Shown here piece by piece: positions 1 to 18,727 of a stretch of DNA of 64,000 nucleotides; within the stretch, counting starts at the first letter, position 1, and each line of letters opens with the position of its first letter. This DNA comes from Eimeria praecox (Eukaryota). A program made the position numbers and the translations under genes. The notes under the pieces are model-generated. The model was not told where the DNA came from. It worked only from the letters and a program-made list of their open reading frames with translations, and did not search any database. The stretch is from positions 2,046,001-2,110,000 of the forward strand of contig OY986946.1 in the NCBI GenBank assembly GCA_963920595.1. The letters run 5' to 3'.

Positions 1-2120
<2,120 letters not shown>

Positions 2121-5100
2121 CTATTGAGCAGGTCGTGGGTCCTGTGGCGGTGGATGGCAACGCTCCGTGCGGCGCCCTCCCCTGCGCCTCCAAATGGAAG
2201 ACCGCAGCAGTGCGTGTCTACAGTTAGGCCCGTCTTGCTAGGAATAGTACTATAAAGAAGCTTATATATAAACAGCAACGTTCTTATGTTGAATTTGCTT
2301 AGAGGAGGGCCTATTTGTTTTGCCTTTCCACATGCCAAGTGGGAGCCTCCACAGTGCGCTGCCTCTAGATGGCCTCTAGATACAAATCATTCCATTCAAC
2401 AAATAATTAATGCCTTTTTCACTACCATTATCACGTCTATTTAAATAATCCGCATCCTTCCCCTTATTGGGGCTCCCTCTCGAGGAATGCACCGCATGTC
2501 GCACTTGTACTTAGCCAATTCTGAAACAAGCCCCCACCGCTGTGTGTGATCACTGTGTCTACCAATGCATGTTTCCTTTTCTTTGCCATGTTCAATTAAT
2601 TCTTTTCTCCTAATTGTGATGTTGAGTAAATGGGCATTCATTTAAATGTCCAGGCATGCCCACAGAACGCACACTAATGCAGAGAGCTTGCAAACGCCCA
2701 TTCCGGTAAAAATGAAAGGACGAATTTCAAATCGGTGGCATGTGCACATACCTGTGTGTTCCCCATGGGCTGTGCCTGTTGAAAGTATACAACCTCAGTA
2801 GTAGACGCTTGAAGCAGAATTGCAACTATTTTAATAGAGACGTTCGAATGGCAGAGTTGACGCTGCGCGCAGCAGCCTAGCGATGACTTAAAAGAAGAAA
2901 ATTGTTGTACAGTGGAGTGGCAATTAGTGGCCCGTTGACAAACAAACACAAGCAGGCAGCTTACTGTGGCTTGCCAACTTTGGCAGCACTGCCCATGATG
3001 TGGTGAACCCTTCCCTCAGCCTTCTGGCCAATCTCGCACGGCGGTTGTGAATCGAGATAGACATTGCACAGGGCAGCATTTAGCCTGTTACAGGGTTTTT
3101 TATGTTCCCCTTCAAGGGCTGCGCAGCCGTCAGGCAAGGGCAGTTCGGACGAGAAAGCATAATGTGGGGAGAATCAACCTGCAGAGTATGCAATGCCGCT
3201 TGAAGATCTGGATCTTTAACCGGTGAAGCGGGCTATCTGTTGATGACAGTTTTTGCAACGTCGTTCAAATAGTTTACCACGTTCAAGTATCGAATACTTT
3301 GCAAGCGAATCCCTAGTGCGTAGAACATGGAGGCTACGGGCCCTCACGTGGAGTGCCCGAAAACATTTCCGTGGTAGGGATCTCCTGGAGTAGGTTGATT
3401 TGCACGCATTTAGGGTTTTTATGCTGTTCTTTCTTCTTTGGTGAGCTTTTCGTGCATGGGTGATGCCCAGTGGCCACTAGATTCCGAGTAATTTAGCTCA
3501 TTTGCCCTAGTTGAGTCTACGCTTATGCAGCAATCTGCAAGGTAGAGAGGTAGGAACAGCGAACCATCACTATTTTTTGCATCAATTAGCTGATTCACAC
3601 CTTGTGCGAAAATCTCAGTAATACAGCAATAGAGGAAGGTCCGTCAAGGTTAAGGTCCTTACTGCAACTAATAATGTGCCTAGGGGCTGGCTTCCCACCA
3701 ACTAAGCGCATTCTGCTGAGAGAACATGCTGGAGTCGCAAACCCAAAGCGACAGTACCCTGCTCATACTTAGATTGTACATTTTCATAGATACATTGTGT
3801 ATCATCGTCTTTTAGCAATGGGGACGTGCACTTTTAGTTGCGCTTAGTTGCGCTGGCTATTGAGGGCCAAGGATGTGCGAAGCAGTCGCCTATGGCGTTA
3901 GTACATGCACCAAAAGGGGCTTATGCATGATTGCTTTTGGCTTTTCCTGGTTGGAAGAGTTGCAGGGAGTGTGTAAACTCCTGAAGGCTGATTCCTCTAG
4001 GCATCAGCAACAGGCCCTTCCGTTATTGTACGTACGCTGCCTACAGAGTACAGGGGAGGGTAGCTGATTTGGGGGAGCTCCTCCATACAATATTTTGAAT
4101 TAACTCTACTTCATATCACGGATATTCCCAGTAAAATTGATTTGTTTTGCCACACTTGGAAACACGGCACAGTTGGAGGGCAGGCGGGGCGTGCGCACTC
4201 CATCCTCGGCAGGTTGGGGTGGTATGTGTCACTGAATGCCACTGATACGTCATGTAGGCGCATTCCTCGCAGAAAGAGAAAACTTCGTGGCTTGTTATGG
4301 ATAGCCTTCGTCAAATATTCAGCCGTTTCTCCACTCCTATCGTGGGGGTTAATCAGGATCTGCCCTCCGGCGAAGGGGTGGCTAATGACGGCAGGATGTC
4401 TTGCCTTGTGGGAAGGAGAACAATATCAGCAGCCTTTGCACCCGAAAATTGTTTGACAGAGTTAAAAAAATCATAAAGAATGATTCAGATCCCTGCTGAC
4501 GGCCCAAGTACGCTGGGGAAACACGAAGCACAGGAAGAGGCAAAATACCAAAGGCGTACACAAAACACACCCGCAGGCCCACAGTTTTCTATGCCATCTT
4601 CTTATTAGAAGAGGGAACTACAAGGATAGATATATGCATGCAAAGGTACAATTTTTCTGGGCATATCAGGATTATGGCAGTTTTCTTGAATGTGCTGCGA
4701 GGCCGGTTTACTTCTTCTCGTCAGGCCGACAATGGAACAGGCAGTTGCAGCGCTGATAGGAGTTAAATGATAGAATATGCATGTCGAGGAGTAATATTTA
4801 AGTAAGTCTAACAGCAGATTTGTCTCATTTAACCTGACGGATCCCGCTGTTTCAGAACAGGTTGATGTGCCTCCTACTCCATCAAACACCGAGGTAAGCG
4901 TTGCAAATTGAACAACGAATACCAGCAGTTTCTTTATGTCATTACAGCAATTTGCTATGAAATAAATCCGAAGAAAAGCAAATATGGATCTACTTCTCAG
5001 CAGTTAATGGTTTGTTATCGTGCTGCCTGCCGGAGTGACCCTGTGAACAGCTCCGTGGTCTGGTCAAGAGGGATGGACTCTTCCAACCGCATTCACAATG

Positions 5101-5854
5101 ACGCATTTGTTTGTTTTTATCAACTGAACTTCATCATAAATAAATAATAATAAGAGTATTTTAAGGCAGATTGCCCCCAGAAAACAAATAACCGTCGTGG
5201 GTCGTTAGCGAGACAGGAGCGTCTCCCTGGAGCAGCGCATATGTGGGAGGCCTTTGGTTGCACAGTCTTTCTCGTTAATCGATTAGATATATGATCTATT
5301 TACACCATTCCCTTTTTCCTTTTATCAGTCCTCAAGGGGCTCAAGAACAGCGCATGAGCGGCCTCTAATATATTTATTATATGCAGGCAGACTGTTGCAC
5401 TCCTGCAACCCTCTGCAGCAGCCTATACATTGCAAATATCCTTTTTTCCGTTTTCATATTTATACACTCCCAAATATCTAGGTTCACAGTCATTCCAGCC
5501 TCCAGGGACTCCCATTAGACTCTGGTGGTGCCTAGGCCCCCTGTCGTGGACTGCTCAATAGCCAACAACGGCATTGTTTTTACCTGTTGCAGTTGTTGTA
5601 TTATTATCCTTGTCGATACTAGAGAGACATCCGTGTCGATATACATCGGTGTCAGCTATCAAAGATGGTATCGAGGTCATAAGCGCTAAACCCTAATCCT
5701 AAACCCTGGAGGCCAAATCCTTATTCCTGATCGCGAAGCCTTGAACCATACAAGCAGACTCGCAACAGGCAAATGCTAGTGCCTACAGCAAGCAAAGAAC
5801 AAGTAGCAATCGCAAACAGAAAATTACACGAAGGAAGCCTCGAAAAGATTGCAG

Positions 5855-8800
5855 ATGGAGGCCCCGCATGCGTCCACGTCCTGGGCAGGAAGGAGGGAGG
5901 CCTCGCCTTCTGTTGTCGAGGCAACAAAACCGGCTGACTGCCCCCCTACAGCGCAATTGCTGCAGCAGCAGCATTTACAGCACATGCAACAGCATCAGTT
6001 CCTCCAGCAGCAGGTTTTGCGCCACCATCATCAAGGACAGCACCAACAGCACGTTCTCCTCCCGGTTGCTGGTGCAGCGCCTCCTGCCGCAGCAGCAGCA
6101 GCAGCACCAGTAGCAGCAGCAGCAGTACAAGGAGTTCCACAACATCACCCGCTGCCTCCTCCAAACCACCTGCCTGGCGTCTTGAATCTACAGAGTTGTT
6201 ATGGGGGGCCTTTGCACCTCAGGGGGCAAGCGACAGCAGGAACAGCAGCTGCGCCACCACCAGCAGCATCAGCAGGAGGAGCATCAACAGCTGCACCAGG
6301 AGCAGCAGCAACAGCAGCCCCGGCTTCAATAGCAGCAACGGAAGGAGCTTCAGCAACAGCACCTGAAGGCCGCATGCTGCATCCTTATTTTAAGGACTCG
6401 CCGCAGCTTAGTAGCTTCACTCCTTTCTTGCCGTCTCATTCGGTTTGTTTATTGTTTCTTTTCTTCGCCCTGTTGTCTCCTTTTGTCTCTATATCTTTGT
6501 TCTATCTTCCCCTGACCCTGCTAGTCCTCTTTTGTTTTTTTATCTCTGGCGTTTCTCTGCTCCGCCTGTTCGACAGCCCCAAATTAAATTGCTGAATTTA
6601 ATACAAGTCTAACGCCAACAGCCTGCATGCAAGCATTTCTTGCATGCGTGAAGATGAATATGCAGCATTCCTTCGTTTGCTGTGTTTGTTGATTTGTATC
6701 TTTTCTCTATTTTAACTGCTTCTTCCGCTGTATGCATAACAAAAGACATATCTTTTAGTGTATAATCTTCTTCTCTATTTGCCTGTAGGCGCATACACAT
6801 GTATATAAATAAACTACTTCTTTTCTGTGCTAATTTCTGTGTCTTCGTTAGGAGAGTTCTGCTGTTGCTGAGGGGCCCTGTACTGGCGGCGATGCAGCTC
6901 CCCCCGCAGCAGCAGCAGCAGCAGCAGCGGCAGCAGCAGCAGCAAGCGGTTCAGTGGCTACAAGTTGCTGCAGCGTTCCCGGGGATAGGGGGGTAGCAGC
7001 TGCTGCTTTGCCTTTGGGATCTTTGGCTCTGAATGCACCGAAGGAGACAGAAGAAGAAAAAGAAGATGCGGACTCAGAGCAAGAAGATGAGGCCCCACCT
7101 TGCTGTTGTTTATCTCCCTTGCTTCGTAGCTGGCTGCATGCATTCTTCCCCAACACTCCGCCCTTTGTTTGGTTTTTCCTCCAACTTTTTATTTGTTTCT
7201 TGCTACTGCTCATGGGATTAGAGAGAGTATCAACAGCAAAGTCTGAATTCTTCCTCGCAAGGGCACCGCCAGCTTGGGTGCCTACAAGCAGAGAAGCAAA
7301 ACCACCCCTTGAAGTTGTAAGCTATGCTGCTGCTGCTGCTGCTACTAGTGCTGCTGCTCGCCCCGTTACTAGTGCTCCTGCTAGCCCTCCTGCTAGTCTT
7401 GCTTCTTCTTCTGCTGCTATTGTTGGTGCTCCTGCTCCCCCTAGTGCTGCTGCGTCTGTTGCTGCCAATGGCATTGCTCCTGCTGCTGCTTATCTAGCTG
7501 CTGCTGATGCTAATGCTGCTGCCAGTGTTGCCACTGGTGCTCGCTGCATCTGTGCCGGAAGCAGCAGCAGTCATAGCCTATGCTACGCCCATTGCGGAGG
7601 AGGCAGCTGCAGCAACGAGAGCAACGCTAGCAACAGCAGCAGCAGCAACAAACGCTGTGGTAACATTAACACCACCACCAGCAGCAGCATGCAGCCAAGT
7701 ATGAAGCCCTAGACTCTACTCTATTAGACATAGGTAATAAAGGGAAACATATGAACGGGCAAAATAGCCAAATGCAAACAGCGCATCCACGCCTTCTTTT
7801 CTGCCTGTCTGTACACCCGAAGGTAGGAGACATTAACAGCAACTCGCTATTGCTCAACGGCGCCTCTGCCTTCTTTCGCGTTGTACTAATGAATGTTTGC
7901 TTCTTCCTATGCTTCATGTTCGCCAGGTGCCCCCCAAACCCTAAGCCCAACACGCTGAGTCCTAACCCCTAAACCCTAAACCCCAAAGCTCTTAAACCCC
8001 TAAGCCGACAATCGGAACCCTAGTATCTGAAACCTAAACCCTTGGTAGCTTCACGCGCAATTCTTTACCTAAGCTTTCTCCCTGAGGAAGCTGTAAACCC
8101 TAAACCTAATTTGTAAACCCTTAGTACGACACCGTGCATCCCCAAGCCAGCCGCTTACTTGTATCCGTACACTCCAACCATCTAAACCTTAAACCCTAAA
8201 CCCTAAACCCTATGCAGTAACCCTTGTTTAACCTCTGATGTGTTGTTTGCGCTGCAGAGTGGTGGTTATCTTGGGTTTGCTGCAGGCGGTCCAGCACGGC
8301 TTGCCGGCTGCGACTGCCTTTGCTGCTACTGTCGACCCCGAGATATTTTACGTACCCTGGAGCATCTTTGTTTACGTCTGGTGGCTTGGAAACGCCAAAG
8401 AAAGTTAGACAAATACATTAGGATTGGCTGCTGCAGTGGTTCCTGCTGCTGCAGTTGCTGCCTCTGCTTTCGCTGGAGCTTTTGCATGCATTGAATGCTT
8501 GCGCAACACACACAGCAACAGCCGCTGCAGCAACAGCAGCAGCAAAACGCGTAGCTGCAGGAAGGGCTGCAACGTTCGTACCAGAAGCAGCAGCCGCAGT
8601 AGCAGCAGCAGCAGACGCTTGTAAACGGGGCACCCGGTTCTGCTGCAGTTGGCGTTGGTTGCTTCAGTTTACTATGCTGGCTGCTCGGCACACTTGTGCT
8701 CCACTGCTGCTGCTGCTGCGCCTGCTGCTTCCGCTGCTGCGCCTGTGTTTGTTAGGCGTTCTTGATGGGGGTGCAGCAGCAGCAGCAGCTGCTGGTTGTT

Positions 8801-10133
8801 TGTGTTTGTTATATTTGCAGGCCACTACATGATTTATCTAAAGACGACGGAGGAAGCTCCTGAGCCTCTGATGTACTTTGTGTTGTTTGGTTCTTCTTTG
8901 TTGTTTAAACGAAGTTTGTTTCGAGTTATTCAAGTGACAAATATGGTGCTGATGGTGCTGGCTGTTCGTCGGCTGCTGCTTGCAGTGATGGTCTTTTGCT
9001 TTGAATTGGGGTTTCTGATGAGCATGAATGCACAAGTTGTGCACTATCTCCGACGCTCCTCTGCTGTCCGCAAGTTGAATGCTAAGTGGCTCGCTGCGCT
9101 GTACGTACAGCTCAGGAAGTTTCTGCCTTCCTCTCTTTGTTTTGATTCCCTAGCTGCTAGCCTGGGAGGTCTCTCTGATTGGCCCGGTTTTGTTTGTTTA
9201 ACTTGTTTGTTTGTTGCTTTGTTTGTTCGTCAGCTGTTTGATTTTCTTGCTTGTGTAATTTCCGTTTGCTTGTTCGTCTGTCTGTTTGCTTGCCTGTTTA
9301 ACTTTGTTTACTTCGTTTATTTGTTTAACTTTGTTTGTTCGTCTAGCTTTGCTTGTTTCTGTCCTCCCTAGAGGGCTTGATTCAATGCAGCCGCCTCTAT
9401 TTCGCCTGTCCTTCTAACTCCTTTTCACCAGCTGTTTTGTCTCTGTGCTCTTCTCCTGCAGTTCCAGCAGACAAACCAAAGAGACAGAGAGCGCCCCTAC
9501 ACACTATAGCACCCTCCGCGCCGACAACAGCGCCAACACGCTAAAGCAACAGCAGCAACAGCAACATCAACATCAAGGACAACAACGGCAGATAACGAAG
9601 AACTGTGCCGTGTCAGTAGATTCCTTTGAGCCGGAAGCAACAGCTTGCCTCTCGCCTGGAGACCTGCAGCAGCAGCAACTGCCACTGGAGCGCGAGCAAC
9701 AAGAAAGACGCTGCGGCCCCCGTAGTTGGTGTCGGGGAATAAAAGAGAAGTAACAAAGCTCTAAAGCGAAAACCCCCCAAAACACGAACAATGATACATG
9801 GGGAAATGCACCCTAGAGACAGCCTAGAGGCAGATATAAACAAACTAAATACGAGGAGAGAGAGAGAGAGGTCACGCAACCAGCCAGCAACAACAGCTCA
9901 TAGATTTCTCCTCCAGAATGCCTAACCCTTCTTCTGCAGCAGCCAGGGCTAAACGGGCATCATGAACAGCAGCGTGAATCGCATGCAGAACCTACGCAGC
10001 ACCAACAGCAGAAGGGGACACCAACAGAAGCGGCTTAGCAGCATCTTCATCCACAGCAGCAGTAACAGCTGTAGCAGCAACGGCCAACCAGCAACAGCGC
10101 AGGCCTCCTGCAGCTGTATGGGATTGTAGACTG

Positions 10134-10178
<45 letters not shown>

Positions 10179-13100
10179 TGCGTTTTGGTTTGCGTTGTTC
10201 AGTCTGGGTTTCCTTTTAAAAGCGTTTGTTGGAGGATTGAGGTTATTTGCTGCTGCTGCCAGGCAGAGGCGGCTGCTGCTGCGAGGATTTGGGTTCGAGA
10301 AGGGCGCTGCCTCAGGCTGGGGAGGTGAAGAGCCCCAAAGCAAAGATAATCCGTTGCTGCTGCCTTTTGGAGTTAGCGCCTTCGCTAACAAGGCAGAGAA
10401 GCTGCAAGAAAGAATGCTGCAAGGCACCGGTAGGCTGCCAGCATGCACCCCAGAGGGAACAAACCACATGCACAACTGCTTAACTGTCGCTGAACTCCTG
10501 CTGCTGTCGCTCTTGCTGCTACTCATGCTGCCGTGGCTGCTGCTGCTGCTGCTTAATAAGTGTAGGAGAGGATGTTTCCATCTCCCCAAGGCTGGCCGAG
10601 ATACCCACGGCGTTTGTTCCTAGAGCGTCCATATCGCGATCTGCAGGCTCAGTTTGGATCGTACATTTGTTTGCTTTTGTTTGTTTGCTTTTGTTTGTCT
10701 GTTTGTTTGTTTGTTTGTAGTGTTGCCGGAGCCGCTGCGGCCGAAGAACATTGAAAGCAGCAAAACATCGCAAGTCCGAAACTGGTTGAACGTTCACTTT
10801 TGTCTGTATTCCCCCCCTATGATATTTCTACCTGGCAGACGTATTGAGCTGACAAATAAAGACATTGCCTCCACGGCTGCAGGTCTCCTCTTTGCTGCTG
10901 TGCTCAATGAAGGGGCCCCTTCGGGAGGCTCCGGAAAGGCCCCTAGAGAGGGCCCCAAAGAGCCTCCAGCTGCAGGCTCGTCAGCTCGAGAGGGCCCCAA
11001 AGAGCCTCCAGCTGCAGACTCGTCAGCTCGAGAGGCCCCCACAAGCAGCCCCTTTGCATGCAAGCCAGAGCGCAGGCCTTCAGAGAATCACGTGTCACCG
11101 GATGGCTGCAAGAAAGACCGGAAAGGATCATCCGGGCGATTCGGCGGAGCGAAAAATAAAGACAACAACAATGCAGAAATGCAGCAGACAAAGTCACTCC
11201 CTGAAGCACTTGGGTACCCAAGACAACGCCGCAAAAATTCAAATGGTTTGCTGCAGGGGCGCACACACACTCTGCCAGACATGCACTCGCTGGAGCAGCA
11301 GCATCAATTGCAGCAGCAACACAAGCAGCAGCAGCAAAAGCAGCCGATGCAGCCCCTGCAGCAACAGCAGCTTCCGAATCAGGAAAAAGAATTACCTTTG
11401 TCTCCGTCTTGTCGCAATACCCCGAGCAGCAGCAGCACTAACAACCAGAGCAGCCGCAGCAGCAGCGGCGGCAGCAGCAAGCAGCAAGGCAGAGGGCTGT
11501 CGGCGAGACGGCATTTGCTGCTGCTAAGGCGTGCTGCAGCAGCGAAAAACCAGCAGAGGGAAAAGCTCTTGCAGCCGCAGCAGCCGAAAGACACAGCGAC
11601 AAGGCAGGACGAGGAGGCTCCTTCAGGCAGCTCCAGCAAAGGAGGCGGACCGGAGACAGGCAGAGAGACAGAAACAGAAGGAGAGGAAAAGCCGAAGAAG
11701 ATGGGCATGAGTGATGGGCACGTAAACACCAACCAAGAAGACACGACGAACTCCGAGTCAGGAACTACCCCGAGCAGTAACCCCAGTTCACATGTGTCTG
11801 GCCTAGCGCTGAAGCGGCAACAGCCGCACCAAGAGCAGCAGCATCACCAGAAGCAGCAAGAGCACCAACAAGAGCAGCTGAGCCATCCGCAGTCCGACAG
11901 TGCATTAGCTGGATGTCTGTGGAGGGGCAGCAGCTCTGAGGAGACGGCAGCCCCGTTGCCCTCTCCGCCACCCCAAGAAGGCGGGCAGTGGGGATCTGGG
12001 TCGGCTAAAGCAGCCGATCCCGATCCCGATCCCAGAGGACGTGGGAGCGCTGCAAAGCCCCAAGGGGGGGAAGAGGCTTCAAGCAAGAGGAAGGCGTCGG
12101 GAGGGCCCCCTGAGGGCGGCAACGCCTTGGGCGTCGATGCACCCCAGGAGGAGGATCGATATCTCAGCAGAGAGATACTGGAGAGGTTCCTCAAGCCAGA
12201 CGAAGCTGAAGAATTTATGAAGCACGCGGACTTAGCTGGTAAACAACAAATGCACACACCTAAACGCATGAGCTGTCATTCGTGCATGCATACGTGCATG
12301 CGCGTCAATTGTATGGATGCAAGCATGCGGACTATTGACAGACAGCTGCATGCGGGTTCATAAATTGGTATATGCGCCTATAAGCAGGGATGCCTGTATG
12401 GATGCATGCATGACCTACTTCTTTCTAACATGGCGTCCGTGTGCATTAAATATGTATATGTGAATACATGTATTTGGCTGCGTAAATATGTGAATGAGTA
12501 TATGCATGCATCTGTGCGTATGGATCAAGTGTACGCAGGTGCGAGCTCATGCACGCGTTTGTACGCATGCATGGTGTGCATGCATCTATTGGCTGTGCGT
12601 TTGTTGCTGTTCTTTATCTTGGGGTTCAGGGTTAAGCCTGTTATTGTTCCTTGTGGTTTAGGTGCTGTTCGGTATGAGCGTTGTATTACCTTCATTTGTC
12701 TGAGCACTGCATATATTTTTTGTCTGTTGTGTTCTCTTCATTTGTACAAACCTGCAGGACATGGGAAAATAAACAAAATGATGTTTCAAAGGGCCGTGCT
12801 GCACATCTACAGCCTCCGCAAACGACTTGTACGCGCCCTGAAGGTAAGAGAAACTCTTGGCATTTCGTACCTGGGGCTTCGGATTTCGGGTTTTGGATTC
12901 AGGGTTTAGGGTTTAGGGGTTAGGGTTTAGAGATTGTGGTGCGTGTGCCCAGAGCCAAGCAAGCATCGCTTCGACTGTTTTGCGAATGATGTCTCTGCTG
13001 CTGTGGTTTGTTACGTTGATTGTGCTGCTGTTGGTGTTGGGAGTTGAGATGAATACAGTCGTAATGTCGGGAGCTGCTTTCTTGTCTGCGGTTACGGTTG

Positions 13101-14899
13101 CCCTAAGTGCGTATCTTCACCAAACAGAGGAGAAACACACAGAGGAAGTAACACTGATGCGAGGCAGACACAGGCAGGAGCAGAAATAGAGGAGGGAGAG
13201 AGGGAGAGATGAGCACAGCAACACATCAGCGCAGATAACAACCGAGAAAAGCGAACTGTGCTCTGGGGAGAAACATGAAAAGCGAGGCACAGAGCGAGAT
13301 AGACAAAGGCAGGAATAGATAGAAGGACCAAATAGGAGACAAGTGAACAGTAACAAGCTCAAATACACAGAAAATACACGCGTACAAAGCCAGTAGCAGA
13401 CGTAGGAGGACACTCCGCTGTAAGAGGCTCGTGGTGTGTAGGTGTCTTTGCTGCAGCTGATGTTGCTACAGCTGCTTTTGCTGCAGCTTCACCAGCTGTA
13501 TATGCTGGTGTTGCAGCTGCAGTTGCTGCAAAGGTGGCTGATGGGAGCCTTATGCATAAATGTATTCAGGTTATATCTACCAGCATTTCATAACTGCAGT
13601 TATTTTCGTGGCGTTTACAAACCCGTACAACATTGGAGACAGAGTGCGAATAGATGAAGGAGACGTCCTGTACGTCCGACGCATCCGTACATACACCACA
13701 GAATTCGAGAGCATGCACGGGAAACCCGTAAGGATGCATCTACTGCTGTTGCTGCTGACGCCGCTGCTGCTGTAGCTGGTGCTGCTGTAGCTGTTGCTGC
13801 TGCTGGGTACATGCTGAGGCTATGGGTGCCTGCTGTTGCTACTACAGCAGTTGCCGCTTGTGCCGCTTGTGCTACTGGTGTTAGTGGCGTTGCTGCGGGT
13901 GGTGCTGTTGCTGCTACTGTCATTTATTGTGCTCCAGACAGGCCAGCTACTCCTCATGACATGTTTAGTGTTCCTTTGCTCATTTGCCGAGCTTTTTGTA
14001 GACCGGCGGCGATTATTTTCTGTATTAATTCGCCTGTCTTTCGTTTGTTTTTATCTCTTTCAGTTGATATACAGCAACGCGTCTTTGTTTTCGCGCGTCA
14101 TAACAAACGAATCGAGGGCCAAAGTGTCGACGTTTGAGTTGGAGGTGTCGGTCAGTATCACAACACCTCTTTTCCTCATCAAGGCGCTAGAACATGAAAT
14201 GAAGAAATATGCACAAAGCAGACAAATGGACTTCGTCAAAGACTCCTTCCGTCTCCTCGTCTACGACGTTCAAGCTGGTCACTGTATTAAGGTAAGCTAC
14301 AGGCACAGCTAGCCTGCTAGTCAGCTAGCCGCCTACCCCCCCACCACCGAATTCAATAGATGATAGCGACCTAGCTATGCAGTTAGAGAGATAGGTGGGT
14401 GGAAGGCGAGTTACCTAGCTAAACAACAGCTTATACAGGTGGCTAGCTATGTTGGCAGAGATATTTAGCTGCATGACTATTTGTGTATCCTTCCCTCCAT
14501 CTTATTAACTCGTCCAATAGATCTGGAACTAGCCACCCAAGCGGGAAAGCGGGCAGAGAGATTGGCCATTCAATATGTTACTGATAGAGAAGCTACCCGA
14601 CCTCAGCAAGATAAGTGGCTACTCCACGCGCACAGCTGGCCAGCTAGTGATCGCCTGTAAATATTGTGCGCGGTGGTGCATGCGTGCAGCTGACCCTCTG
14701 GCTGACGTGTGTTGAGGGCTGGGGGAACTGGGGGAAGGTCTTAAAGGTGAGGTCTGAGGTATACCTACACCTGGTGAAGGCGCTTAATGAACTCGGCATT
14801 TCATTCCATTTGCCACAGCAGCCCATCTCCATCCTAAACAGACAAACTGTAATGTGCAATAACAACAAAGACTACCACAGGCATCATACGCCCTTGTAA
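5855..14899 (+). CDS. MscS-family (MSL/Msy-type) mechanosensitive ion channel, multi-exon, ~1460 aa
   Basis: Phase-consistent GT-AG exon chain: 5855-6442, 6852-7316, 7823-7926, 8258-8403, 8821-9100, 9462-9749, 10263-10429, 10721-12238, 12758-12843, 12953-13106, 13570-13727, 14064-14291, 14690-14899 (4392 nt, divisible by 3). The C-terminal exons give hydrophobic helices followed by FTNPYNIGDRVRID (MscS PF/Y-x-VGDR motif), IYSNASLFSRVITNESR and LVKALNELGISFHLPQQ. These are preceded by an EF-hand-like segment EFMKHADLAGHGKINKMMF. The N-terminal exons are less certain than the C-terminal ones. Confidence 0.88.
7935..8212. repeat. Degenerate telomere-like (AAACCCT)n cluster in MscS-like intron
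   Basis: Repeated aaaccct/aagccc variants, perfect units at ~8190-8211. Confidence 0.85.
10946..11040 (+). repeat. 42-bp in-frame tandem duplication in MscS-like exon
   Basis: Copies start at 10946 and 10988 with a partial third at 11030, encoding REGPKEPPAAGSSA / REGPKEPPAADSSA / REAP. Confidence 0.92.
12270..12590. repeat. Dense cluster of TGCATG(C/CA) palindromic motifs in an intron
   Basis: Many tgcatg/tgcatgca occurrences, for example gtgcatgcat, atgcatgcatg, tatgcatgcatc and gtgcatgcatc. Confidence 0.8.
12890..12930. repeat. Short (GGGTTTA)n telomere-like array in intron
   Basis: agggtttagggtttaggggttagggtttag directly visible. Confidence 0.9.
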
Positions 14900-16093
14900 C
14901 ACCTGATCCTGGTGCTGGGGCAGCTGCAGCAACTGTGGGTGCATGTGCTGATGCTTGAGGTCCTGCTGCTGTGAGCTGCAGCTGTGCGACGCCAAACGGC
15001 TTCGCCTGCTCCTGGTTCCTCCTGGAACCCTTCGAGTATTGTCTTCAACAAATGTGTTTGTGTCTCTTTGCCTCATAATATTGAGGTTTTGCACCCAAGG
15101 ATTGCATCCACAAGTTGTAGAGATGCGTAACTCATCGAGTGCCTGGTTGTTTGCACGGCTCGTATCTATTCGTAACTTAATAACACTGACTAAGTGTTTT
15201 ATTTTCATTCATGTACTTTTGCAATCCATCTTCTCATCCACTGTCTTGGCTCCCCTTGCCCTCTCTACTAGTTTAACAAACTCGAGTTACAATGAGCGTA
15301 ATCAACCAAAGATAGGTGACTAATCAGAGTCACGACCACAACGTCTCAGTAGCAAGAAGCTGCAAGAGCCAAGAGCCAGCAAACACCTATCTAGCTACGC
15401 AGCGAAAACAAACAGGGCATGTTCTGAAGAGTTACAAGGGCTTGCTGGCCCTTCAGTCCATCAGATTGCAGGCCGAATTTAGCGTGAGGTCGAACAAATT
15501 GATGTACCTTAATGCATACGCTATTGCTTAACTCTAAGGGAGCATTTGAGATCGGTCTTGATCCTCTGCAAGCGAGGAGTTTTGGTGCATGAGCTATCAG
15601 GTTTGCGCACGGACTGCTCAGCTCTACAATGCTCACTATTTGGTGTAACTGTGTTTATGTCTGCCTTTTTCGCGTTTGTCTGTCTGAGCTTCAAGCATAC
15701 AACGTGTTCAAAAGGAACAGAAACAAAACAAAAGGGGACTCGAAGCAGCGTTGGTTTCTATTTAACAAGTAATGGAGTTTAACAAAACAACCTAAGGAAG
15801 TAAACGAAAGACTACAAGCACACAACACCTCGAAACGCAAACAACCAAAGGGAGAGCCTCTGTTGGCTCCAGCCCAGCGGTAACAGAGACGAGGGCGCGG
15901 CCTGGCATTTATGCATTTCCCTTGATCTGCGTTTACAGGTCAGATTCTCTGCCTGCCTGTTTATTAATGTTCTCGTTCACCTCTTGGCCGATGTGTTCAT
16001 TGCCAGTTTATTCGAAAAGCAGCATGAATGGAAGATCAGCAAAAGCCACCCATGCTACATAAAACCTCAAAGTGTTGTACGCGCGGGATAAGT

Positions 16094-18727
<2,634 letters not shown>

